Assembly: GCF_006345805.1 (NCBI RefSeq)
Contig: NC_043004.1
Span: 76,570,001-76,634,000 of the forward strand
DNA: 64,000 nucleotides
Reading direction: 5' to 3'
Source: Octopus sinensis
Taxonomy: Eukaryota
Part shown: piece by piece, positions 52,424-64,000 of the stretch
Layout of the letters: each line of letters begins with the position of its first letter
Position numbering within the stretch: the first letter of the stretch is position 1
The notes under the pieces: model-generated
The model's input: the letters and a program-made list of their open reading frames with translations, nothing else
Databases searched by the model: none
Told to the model about the DNA's origin: nothing
Position numbers and translations under genes: made by a program

Positions 52424-53095
52424 AATATTAAGAAAAAGGAGGCAGATAATATTTTGGATAAATATTTATTTAGTGTTTTCATCTCTTTTGAGAGATTCAT
52501 CATGAATGGGTTTTTTACGGAAAATTTATGGTTTTTATTATATATATGAGTAGAATAACAATCTGGAGTTGAATCAAGAAGAAGATTTTCTTTGTTATTT
52601 TGAATCTATATGTATGTGTATGCATATATATATCATCATCATCATCATCGGATGTTAAACGATGATGATGGTGATGATGATATATATATGCATGTGTCTA
52701 ATGGCATGTTGCCCAGCTGTGTAACATAACAATTGACCAAATATAATGCAATTTCAACCATTCCAGTAAATGCCCCATTTATTTTGTCTTTCTTTCTTCT
52801 TGCCTTTTTAATTTTTTTCTCTTAAATCAAGCCTCCAAAAATTCACCAAACATACTCACACACACACACACACAGATGCACCTGTGCATGCACACATACA
52901 CATACATATATTCGAAATAACAAATAATGTCCTCTTCCCTATTCAACTTCAGATTGTTTTTCAACTAACTCACATATATATAAAAAGCATAAATTTTCTG
53001 TAAAAAAGATCATTCTTGATGAATCTCTCAAAAGGGATGAAAGCACAAAATAAATAGCTATCCAAAATCCTGACTACTTCCTTTTCCTTAATATA
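52424..53095. repeat. Old inverted repeat pair (about 190-bp arms) with hammerhead-like remnants
   Basis: 52424-52616 and 52901-53095 are reverse complements at roughly 75-80% by eye. Both carry NTGATGA-ATCTC-TCAAAA-G(A/G)GAT-GAAA. Confidence 0.6.
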
Positions 53096-54059
53096 TATGT
53101 GTGTGTGTGGTGTGTGTGTGTGTGTATGATTATCTCGTGATATTATCACCCCTTCTCAAGTGGAGCGGGTCTTAATTGCCAACTTAGTAATTTTAATACA
53201 TCCTTTAGAGGTGGAGATAATTTTAATAACTCAAGAATTTGTATTGTATGGTATTTGATATACCTGTATGTATGTGAGTGTGTGGTGTGTGTGTGGTGTG
53301 TGTGTGTGTGTGTGTGTGTATGTGTTCATCTTCATTGCATTCGTTTGGAAATAAATACAAAAATACACACATATATGTATGTGTGTGTACTATATACACT
53401 CCTTCAGATACACATTCATACATACATAAATACAAATAGATTCTCCTTGTCGAATAAGCAATAATATTTTCATAGTTATATTCTAATGTAAAAACAGTTG
53501 TTTATTTACACTGCTATACAATATATCTTTATAGGTATCCAGTTCTGTATGTATGAACATGTTTGCATGCAAACATTATTACAAACATGATGATATATAT
53601 AGTAATTGAGAGAAAACATCAAAATAATATATAGAGACATTTTTGATAGGTGGTTGTTTTTTTAATTATTTTTTGTGGCATTATTTTCTCCTCTTTTTAT
53701 TGATCAGTCACTCTGTTCATATTTAGAAGTGGTGGCCACCAAAGTTGGGTATTCATGGCATACTGATGACATACCATTTTGACAGCTAAGCAGTACAGTT
53801 TCGGTTGTGGATTATTTTTTTTTTTAAGTAACAAGAAAAGCAGGACACAAGTTCATTCCTTAGTTAACTGCTAAGGTTCAAATTTAGCAAAATCTGTACA
53901 ACACCAACAAGTCAAGGTGGACAGCTGAAGTACTTACTATCAAGAAATCTTACTGAGACAATGAAAGGTCACTCATCAGAATGTCGGTCTGCATTTTAAT
54001 TTAAAAAAACCTTCAGAAAAATGTGATGAGCTCCTCATTAGTCCAATGTAGATGAAAAT

Positions 54060-54117
<58 letters not shown>

Positions 54118-54235
54118 ATATATATATGTATATATATATATGTATGTATGTATGCATGTGTATATGTATGTGTATAAATATATATATATATTATAGATAA
54201 ATATATATGTATATATACACACATATACATATATA

Positions 54236-54285
<50 letters not shown>

Positions 54286-54352
54286 TGCATGTATATAATA
54301 TATGCATATATATAATTACATATATCTATAAATATATGCATATATATATAAT

Positions 54353-54403
<51 letters not shown>

Positions 54404-54405
54404 AA
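54060..54405. repeat. (TA)n microsatellite
   Basis: Direct reading; similar arrays at 55355-55550 and 59800-60020. Confidence 0.95.
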
Positions 54406-55360
54406 CAAATAAAACTGAAGAAAAGATAAAAAACCAACCCACACTGATATGATGTTTACAAAGGGTTGCGTCTGAACAATGATATACTAAATTGACACAT
54501 TGGTTTTCAAAACTTGATTTAATGCTAAACATTAAATACATTTGAACTGCTCAATATAAGAGTTCACAAACAATAAATTCCACTAATTCTAGATCCTATA
54601 ACTACTAATATAAGGCCACCAGGGTTTATTTGGAAATAATCTCAAATAAATAGGGGGTAGAGTTTCATTTCTTTCTTTTTATTTAATCAACTACATTTTT
54701 GGGAGTTATGGTTTAAAAAATACATTTTCTGACAAAAAAAAAAATAACCCAGAAAAATTAGCTAAATCTTACCTGGTATATTTGTTATTAGGTAAGAAGA
54801 AAAAAAATAATGATGCAATGAATTATTTCAATAGGTTTACATATGACTACCATTATCAACAAAATTCTGCTCTATGTATTTACGTAGTTGTATATGTAGA
54901 CATGTACATACATGTAACTATTATAAACACATCACTTAAAATGTTGTTTAGTTTGATGTTAGAATCAACAGTGAACTTAAAATGAAAATTGTAAGAGGGC
55001 ATGATCTCTGCAGATAATGTTTGGAAATAACGGTGACTCATTTCGAGAAACGAGTAACGAAAGGGGAATATGCTTCAGTAAGCCCGTCAATAGTCTGTAG
55101 TTTAAGGCAGACAATACAATGATTAATTAATTGCTTTTGAAATTAATTATTAGTTGAATCCAACCAATATTAAATTAACATTTCTTTTGTAAACTAATTC
55201 ATTGCCTATAAACTTACAGATGGAAAAATTTAGGGGACGAAAAAAAATCTTGACCTGAAAATGTTTGAGGTGAAAGAAGATGAAAATTATTTGTTATAAC
55301 AGGGATGAGAAGAGGAAAAAAATAATGAAGACCATAAATCACTTCCTGAAAGTGTGTGTG

Positions 55361-55462
<102 letters not shown>

Positions 55463-55491
55463 ATATATATGTATATATATATATATATGTG

Positions 55492-55524
<33 letters not shown>

Positions 55525-57373
55525 ATATATGTATGTATGTATGTATATATTTGTTTAAAATTCTAGTAGCTGTATACTTAGTTTTATAGCTAAGGATTTT
55601 CTCTTCAGGAAACAATGATTTTTGTCTTTTTTCATAATATATTAAAAATAAAAACAGTAGTTATATGTTTTTCCTCTTACATATTAAAAAAAAAACAAAA
55701 CAGAAAGCCAACCAGAAAGTCCGTTCGTCATTTTGATTTTCAGATCTATGGAAGTGTGACAAATGTTCTAGAAATGTAAGTTAAAACATTTTCGTATGAC
55801 TACATATCAGTTTATCCTAAAGAAATCTTTCATGAGGAAGGCTTAAACAATATTATCGAAGAGCATAAAAACAGTGTAATACAGTTCATATACAATCCAA
55901 TTCTTAAAAATCAATACTCCACTCATTCCAAAAGCATTATCAATTTGTGGAGTCAGAACTAAGATTGAAATAAATAAATAAATAAATAAATCACATTTGA
56001 CTGCAAGGCATAGGAAAAAAGCCAGGATTTACAATATGTCTAACAAATTTTTTTTTTTCATGATACAGATTTTTGTGCAAATATTGTGTCTCTTTAAAAA
56101 AAGGAGAGACTATTTCTTGAAGTGTAGTTCTCTATTCTACATTAACATTAAACAGCGTGGAAGCTAGCATCTTACATGAAAGCTCAGCACAGAAATATTG
56201 AGAGAATTCCACTGTAGTTGACAACTTTGATTATCAAATCCCTAAATGGCAGGGAGTAGATTTTTTTTTTTCAATAACTGCTTAGAAATAAGTTACACTT
56301 GGAATTTTTTAAAAATGGCTTCAGCAAAACATTTTGAAATACAGTGATTCATTATGTTCGTGTGCAAAAAATTCTTTACATTTTGTTTAAAATGTACAAT
56401 TGAAAGCAAGATATAATTATTGTAAATGATTTGAAATGCTTGCTAAGGTAACATTACAGTTGTTAGGCAGTTGAAATTTAAGTCAAATGCTCTCCAGAAT
56501 ATCAAATTTTGACAATAAATAACAAATGTACACAAAGCAATTCTGGTTTAAATTCAATTAGAAGATGAAAACCAAATTTTAAATGGTTTTAATGTCAAAT
56601 ATTATGATAAAGGAAAAACTTAGCCTAACTCATTCTATTTGATTTTGAATGAAAGAAAAATACTTTTTTTCTCCTTAAAGATTAAGAATTGCTTTTGTTC
56701 AGATGTTGTCAAGAAAAAATGAAATGCTTCTTGACATATTGTTGAAGTAATTTAACAAGAGAAAACAAAAATGTGGTAACATGGGTGCCTTTAGCTCTTT
56801 GTAAAATGACCAGAAATAGATGTCAATATTTCTTTTTTGAGAACTATTTTTAGAATTTAAAATTTTTTAAAATCAACTATTATCATTATCATTATTTATT
56901 ATTAACCTTTTTTTTTCTTTAAATATACATTTGCAATATGAGAGGAGCTCAAATTTGATTATCATACAACCAAAATTCAGGCGAAAACAAGAACTTTATA
57001 AACAGAAATAAAAACATTAGCCCAAAACAAGCTCAATCTTTCAAGAAGAAACTTAGTCAGTAAGCTGATATCATGATTTAATTCTGAAAATGGAAGGGCA
57101 AAGGAAACTAAATATTAGAAGGATAAAGAGTATTTTTAAAGAAAATATAATATGAATTTATAACTTCTGGAAACAGTGGTGTCTCACACATACATTTAGT
57201 TAAACACACTATCATCATCATCATTATTATATTATTATTATTATTATTATAATTTTAATTTTTATTAATATAAGTGATACTGTTCCAACAGGAATTGCAT
57301 TGTGTTGTCGGGGAAGACACTTGTTTCCTTTGCCTTGCAAAAAAGTTATCGTGCCTAATTAATTAATTGATAG

Positions 57374-57405
<32 letters not shown>

Positions 57406-58418
57406 TTGTTGCTGTTAGAAATAGCAACACTATACCTAGAGAAAATGTAATAGACCCAAAAGAATTTAAGAAACAAGATGGGGAACAAGATGAGGCATTG
57501 AAATACTGAACATTTGGAAAGTGAAGGCAATGCATAGGCAATACCTTAGAGAAATGGAAGAGAAAGACAAGACCACCACCAAGAGGTAACTAAGGAAAAG
57601 TGATCTGAAAGGATGCGCTGAGGCATTGAAATGCAGCTCTCAGGAACAAGCTCTGAGGACTAATTACACCAAGTTCCACATAGATAAGAGCAGTGAATCA
57701 CTCCTTTCTAGGATGTATGGCAGCAAAAATGAGACAATCTCACATACTGTGAGTAAATGTCGCAATTTGGCTCAGAAGGAATACAAAAGGAAGCATGATA
57801 ATGCTTTCTTGCTTCATCGTTTAACGTCTGCTTTCCATGCTAGCATGGGTTGGACGATTTGACTGAGGTCTGGCGAACCAGATGGCTGCACCAGACTACA
57901 ATCTGATCTGGCAGAGTTTCTACAGCTGGATGCCCTTCCTAGGTATGTTCATTGGAGATTGTGTTAGAAGTACAGTCTTGAAAGGACACTGAAATGGTAT
58001 GAGCATAAACCAGCTGGTGCCACCAAGAAGAATGAGTATAAGATCTTGCGGGATCTGACAATCCATGTGATCCAGTGATTGTTGCTCAGAATCCAGACAT
58101 TGTTGCAGTTGATAAAATGATGAAGGAAACTATGATCATGTTTATTGCCATACGTGGGGATGTACAAGTGGATGATAAAAAAAAAACAGAAACAAGCCCC
58201 TAAAAGATGAGATTGCATGAAAGTGGACAATGAAGAAAGTCACAGTCATTGCAGTAGTTGTAGGGGCACTGAGGGCAGAGAACTGCTTTATTGGGGACAG
58301 CAAGGATTTTGGTATTGGCAGTTGGATGTTAAATATCATGGAAAGAGACTCTGTGAGTCCCTTGACAACTAGGTGGAGCAAGTGAAATCAAGAGCTCGGA
58401 GAAGTGAAATGATGATGC
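57406..58418 (+). mobile_element. 5'-truncated R4/Dong-type LINE (endonuclease region) embedded in (TAA)n, interrupted by an RTE tail (57804-57941, -)
   Basis: WKVKAMHRQY...SDLKGCAEALKCSSQEQALRTNY...ETISHTVSKC...QKEYKRKHDN [insert] YVHW.LC...KWYEHKP...NPDIVAVDK...VIAVVVGAL; (TAA)n at 57375-57405 and 58419-58431. Confidence 0.85.
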
Positions 58419-58439
58419 TAATAATAATAATTATTTCAA

Positions 58440-58637
58440 ATTTTTTTGCCACAACGGCAGCTTGGGTGAGGTGGGGATGAGTCAGTTACATCGACCCCAG
58501 TGTTTAACTGGTACTTATTTTATCGATTCTGAAAGGATGAAAGGCAAAGTTGACCTTGGTGGAATTTGAACTCAGAATGGAGCAATGGGCGAAATACTGC
58601 TAAGCATTTCGTCCAGCATGCTAACAATTCTGCCGCC

Positions 58638-58640
<3 letters not shown>
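58440..58640 (-). mobile_element. SINE family A
   Basis: Core and head present. Confidence 0.85.
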
Positions 58641-58694
<54 letters not shown>

Positions 58695-58775
58695 TCCTTG
58701 TTATCTAAGGAAACTAGTTATGACCCAGTATTAAGAACATTGATCCCAAATGCAGCACATTTGTTCATACCATTA

Positions 58776-58824
<49 letters not shown>

Positions 58825-59610
58825 TAATAATAATAATAACAACAACAACAACAACAACAGCAACAACAACGTCAATGATGATTTCTTTATTTGCAACAAG
58901 GGGCCAAAAAATAATGAAACAAGGAAACCTTAGTTATTTGTAAGATTTAAGCTGCTATGATGGTGTTGTATTGATTTCTGTAATTATTTCCTTTCTGTTA
59001 GGAAAACAAAAATCTATTCATTGATTTATTTATTTTTTGATGGGAAGGAATCTATATGTTATTCAATGGAACTGAACTTAAACAAATTTTGTTGTTCTGA
59101 TATGCTAGAGAAGAGAGGAGAATAACCTCAAGGTTTTTGAATGTGTGATGAATAAAGAGAACAACAACAAATAAACAAATAAATGAGTTAAGTCTATTTA
59201 TTTGTGTATGTATTAAACAGTCATAAGCTCAATGTTCCCATGAATTTTGTTTTGTTGTTGTTGGTGAGCACCAAACTTTGCTTGTGTATAAATTTTAACC
59301 TTTCTTTACAAAGTATGCATGCATCCATGTGAGTAACCATTGCTCAAAATTTCTTTCATTAAAAAAAAAATTCAGTTTCATCTTGAAAAACCTTGTGTGC
59401 ACACACTTATTCCCATTGTGCACCAGTTGTAAAATATGTGTGCATGCACAAGTGCACAACCTAGAAGGAACACTGCACAGGTCATTAACCAGGAATGTAT
59501 ATATGAACTGGGAGAAGGGTGGGATATGTTTTCAATGCCCATTACACCTTGTCTAGTTTCTAAACATTATTAAAATATTCAACTACAATAGATTTTTAAT
59601 ATATCTCACA

Positions 59611-59657
<47 letters not shown>

Positions 59658-59861
59658 CATACGCACACACATATTCATTATTCTTAAGCAAGAATATTAT
59701 TGACAATGACTTTGAAGTTTCAGCCAGTTAAACCATCATATCAATGCAAAATTGTTTTTATTATAACTGAACAAAACACATACATATATACAAAGGTATA
59801 TGTATATATATATGTGTGTATATATATGCATATATATATATAAATACATACATATATCCAT

Positions 59862-60005
<144 letters not shown>

Positions 60006-61420
60006 GAGAGGGGGGAGAGAGAGTGTTTGTAAGTTTAAGCTAGAAAACATACATATTGACAGTTGGCTGCCTTGAGGGATTCATTATATTATAATTAATT
60101 AATGACCTCCATAATCCCATTATAGCATCAGCTTCTGACATAGAATCTCCTTGAAAGGCAAAAGGGAGAAATATTCTCTTCAAAGCAAGACATTTGTAAA
60201 AAGTACAATAGATGAGAAATTAAGCAGGTGGAAAATGGGGGTAAAAAAAAAAGATGACAAAGGGTGCAAAATTAGAGAATAACTTTTGGTTGACTTAAGG
60301 ACTAGAAGTTCCTCATAATAAGATGATATTGAACAATTAATTTCAAAGTGGGGATTGCCAAAAAAAAAAAAAAATATTGTTCTTTCCATATTGGAGGGAA
60401 TTAATTAACTTACTTTTTTTTTGTATGATTTATTTAAAAGGTTAAGTAAAAAAATATAGCTAATAACTGCAGTAACAAGAGGTAAATAATACATATATTG
60501 CTTGGAAGAAAAGACAAATTAGATGGGAGAGAACAAAAAAACAAAGTGAAGCAAAAATTACATTCATGCACAAACAAGATAAGATCTGCGAAAGGAAAGG
60601 GAAAAAGCATGCCTTAATTATAAGGTATTTTTTTTCGATACCTACTTTGGTTTTTTAGTAGTTTTAAATATAAGTACTTTTAATAGCTGTATTTTCCCTC
60701 AAAAATATTTACAGAAATGAAAAACATTAAAGATGTGTCTTCATTCTTCCCGTGAATTGAGAAACAACATGTGGAACAAATGGGAATGAGATATGGCAAG
60801 GTGAAAATGAGGGACACATTGTATATTATTGATATAAAGTAATGTAACTATAAGCACACTGCTATGTGTGTGTATATATGTGTATATTACACACACACAC
60901 ACTCACATGTGTGTTTCCTGTTGCAGTACATATATCTGCATTAAATAAGCACAACAGTGTGCGACTGTTGATAGGTACATGTATATACCTACAGACACAC
61001 ACACACACACACACGCACAAACACACATACATATATATAGACAGCTTCATATGTACACCCAGAGATGTTCATATCTCTCCTGCTATGGATACTCACACAA
61101 ACATCCTTTTATAAATATGTTAAGTTTTGCTTATGTAATCCCTTTCTTTAATTCCATACATGTACAGATCCACAGAATTTGTAGCCAGTGCGTATCGTTC
61201 AATAAAATATAACAAAGCTTTAAACAGTAGTAATAGAGTTAAAATATTATTCAAACACATTTTACTTTTTTTTATTTTTCACATGTTTAATGTTAGTGTA
61301 TGTATGTATGTGTGTGTGTGTCTGTGAGTATGTATGTGTGTGTGTATGTGTGTATGTTAGTATACAATCCTGCAACTGAAACACATTCAATAGATTTGGA
61401 ACTAGGTCTTCAAAATTATC

Positions 61421-61654
61421 TATTTCTTTACTACCCACAAGGGGCTAAACATAGAGGGGGACAAACAAGGACAGACAAACGGATTAAGTTGATTACATCG
61501 ACCCCAGTGCATAACTAGTACTTAATTTATCGACCCCGAAAGGATGAAAGGCAAAGTCGACCTTGGCGGAATTTGAACTCAGAACGTAGTGGCAGATGAA
61601 ATACGGCTACGCATTTCGCCCAGCATGCTAGCGTTTCAGCCAGCTCACCGTCTT
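61421..61654 (-). mobile_element. SINE family A monomer with 15-bp target-site duplication
   Basis: GTCTTCAAAATTATC at 61406-61420 and 61655-61669. Confidence 0.92.
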
Positions 61655-61737
61655 GTCTTCAAAATTATCATCAATGTCAAACAGAGAGTTTGTTAGCATC
61701 AACATACCTCATCAGACATGAAACAGGAAAACCAAAA

Positions 61738-62330
61738 TATTCTTTTCTACTCTAGGCACAAGCCTGAAATTTCTGGAGAGGAGGACAATTGATTAGATTG
61801 ACCCCAGAATGCAACTGGTGCTTAATTTATTGTGTAGAAAAGCAAATTTTCTGCGATAAGAAAGAAAAGGCCTTTGCTGATTTTGGAACCCTTGAGACCA
61901 AAAGTCTAAAATTTTGGTCAATACAAAATTATCATTACACGACAAAATTATTCTTTTCTACTCTAGGCCTGAAATTCTTGGGGAGGGGATCAGTTGATTA
62001 GATCGATCCCAGTATGCAACTGGTACTTAATTTATCAAGCCCAAAAGGATGAAAGGCAAAGTTGACCTCTATGGAATTTGAACTCAGAACAAAATACCTA
62101 TTTCTTTACTACCCACAAGGGGCTAAACCCAGAGGGGACAAACAAGGACAGACAAACGGATTAAGTCAATTACTGTGATCCCAGTGCATAACTGGTACTT
62201 ATTTAATCGACCCCGAAAGGATGAAAGGCAAAGTCGACCTTGGCAGAATTTGAACTCAGAACGTAGCGGCAGACAAAATACCACTAAGCATTTCGCCTGG
62301 CATGCTAACATTTCTGCCAGCTCGCCGTCT
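61738..62330 (-). mobile_element. Compound SINE family A cluster
   Basis: Partial unit, unique insert at 61832-61950, then a dimer with junction at 62098. Confidence 0.85.
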
Positions 62331-64000
62331 AGAAAGCCAAAATATTAGCAGGACTGTACAGTGAAGTGCATTATTTGTGTGTGTGTGTGTGTGTGCATGT
62401 ACACTGCCACATCTCAAATAAGTCAACCATTTATGGATTAACTTTGAAGAACCTTAGCTATGTGCTATGCACATTTGATTCAATTTACTCAACAAGTGAC
62501 AACTTTCTAATTCAATGAAAGTCAAAATGTTTTAGAACAAGTAACATTAAGCCAGCATTAGCTAAAAAAGTAATTTCTTTACTAATTTAATTATTAGTTG
62601 ATATCAAATCAATGTTGACATAAACTGGTAGAATTCAAACAGCATAGAAATTACAAGATTCTCTTTGGAATTTTATGGTAAAATTAGCTTTATCTCCTTA
62701 TACAGTCTCTATCATTGTTAGTCTATTTACTGGTTAATTTGTGGTTACTGATAGCGTTGTGTTTTACTGGCTGTGAAGTGTATTTTATCGTCAGTGGCAA
62801 AGAGTGCTGCAGTAACTGACAATGTTATAAGAAAATGAAGAATGTGGTTACTAACAAAGCTGTAGCAATTGATAGAGTTGTGGCAATTTATGGTGTTGCA
62901 GTTGTTGTATTAGGATGAAATTTGAATTTCTTCAATGTCAATTATTTGTATACAGTTTCTTTGATATTCTTTACACAAAGGTCATTTCTAAAGTGGAGGA
63001 ATGCAACATTGAAGTGTTGGGTGTTAGCTTAAAGTTCAGTTTTAAGATAAACATTTAAGTCTTCAGCTGATTCATCAATTGATTGTTTCACCAAATGTAA
63101 ATATTTTTTAAAATATCTATATATTACAGTGATAGAGGTAAAAGAAAGAAAAAATATATTCTTTCCTTAAAGTAATCAAATTATTCATAAAGGCTATATA
63201 ATGTATCCAAAGTTCTAAAATTAAGTAGAACTAGAATATAATATAGAATTTTTTCAAAGAAGCAATTTTTTTTCCCAGTACTTTGTCAGTATAAATTTAA
63301 GTTTATAACAATTTTAGCTTCAAAAATCACCTTTTAACTAATCCAACAATGTGAAATAATAAACAAATTAATTATTTTTCAGAAAATCTTTTCAATGTTT
63401 TCAGTTTGTTCTCTTTTTTTTTTTTTAAAGAGGTTATTAGTAAACTGCAAGAAACATAAGAAACAATTTTTTTCCACAACATTGAATAATATTTTTTTTT
63501 CTCATATAACTGATTCGTTTTAAACTGATTTCTAATTGATATAATTTATGATTGGAACACTTTGAAAACATCTCTTTTGGTTAAGTTTTAACAGTTCAGA
63601 TATTACAGTAGACAGTGAATTCCAAAACAATATAATAATTAAGTCACTAATTCTAGAAAATAACTGAAACACAAACAAAACATCTACAATGTTAGTGTAA
63701 TTCAATAATAAAGCTTTATTTCAGTCCTGATGGATGAAAAATAACAGAAAAGTAAAATGCAGTATAACAGGAGACAATTTTTTAAAATTTTATTTATAAT
63801 ATATTTCAGAGAGACACTTTTGTAATTTCAGAACTTCAGAATCCAGTGGTTCCCAGTTGCCATAAATTTTCCCAGAATAAATATGTTTTGGTAAATGTTA
63901 TAATTGAAGTGTTTCTCTTGTAATGAGATTACTTTTATCAATGAGCATGAGTGGGAACTGAATGTGTTTGGGTTTAAATTTATTTCCTTACCAGCTTTAC

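Noticed and set aside
53762-53800. CTGATGA motifs at about 53762 (+), 53975 (-), 61709 (-) and 6424 (-) as hammerheads
   Set aside because: No properly placed stem II plus GAAA plus UH and stem I; chance heptamers.

Overview
Repeat-saturated, AT-rich eukaryotic DNA in which I could not recognise any host protein-coding exon. The SINE and RTE families look like those of octopus (coleoid cephalopod); this is an inference, not a database result. Almost every ORF in the supplied track is a translation of a microsatellite. The real coding remnants all belong to transposons: a 5'-truncated R4/Dong-type LINE (32757-35943), a second R4/Dong fragment sitting in (TAA)n (57406-58418), several RTE LINE fragments (best 31011-32121), and a mariner pseudogene (about 45500-47454) interrupted by a Helitron-like element and a SINE. 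There are many tRNA-derived SINEs, two Helitron-like non-autonomous families and pogo/Tigger-like MITEs. The most interesting signal is RNA-level. At least five unrelated short inserts carry type I hammerhead-ribozyme cores (CUGANGA / stem II / GAAA / stem III / UH, closed by stem I). Their ribozyme-sense 3' ends abut TA-rich microsatellite. At three loci (10299-10971, 50563-50801, 52424-53095) the motif occurs as a divergent inverted pair, one copy per strand. These are probably Penelope-like terminal repeats or retrozyme-type elements. All coordinates were counted by hand and may be off by a few bases.
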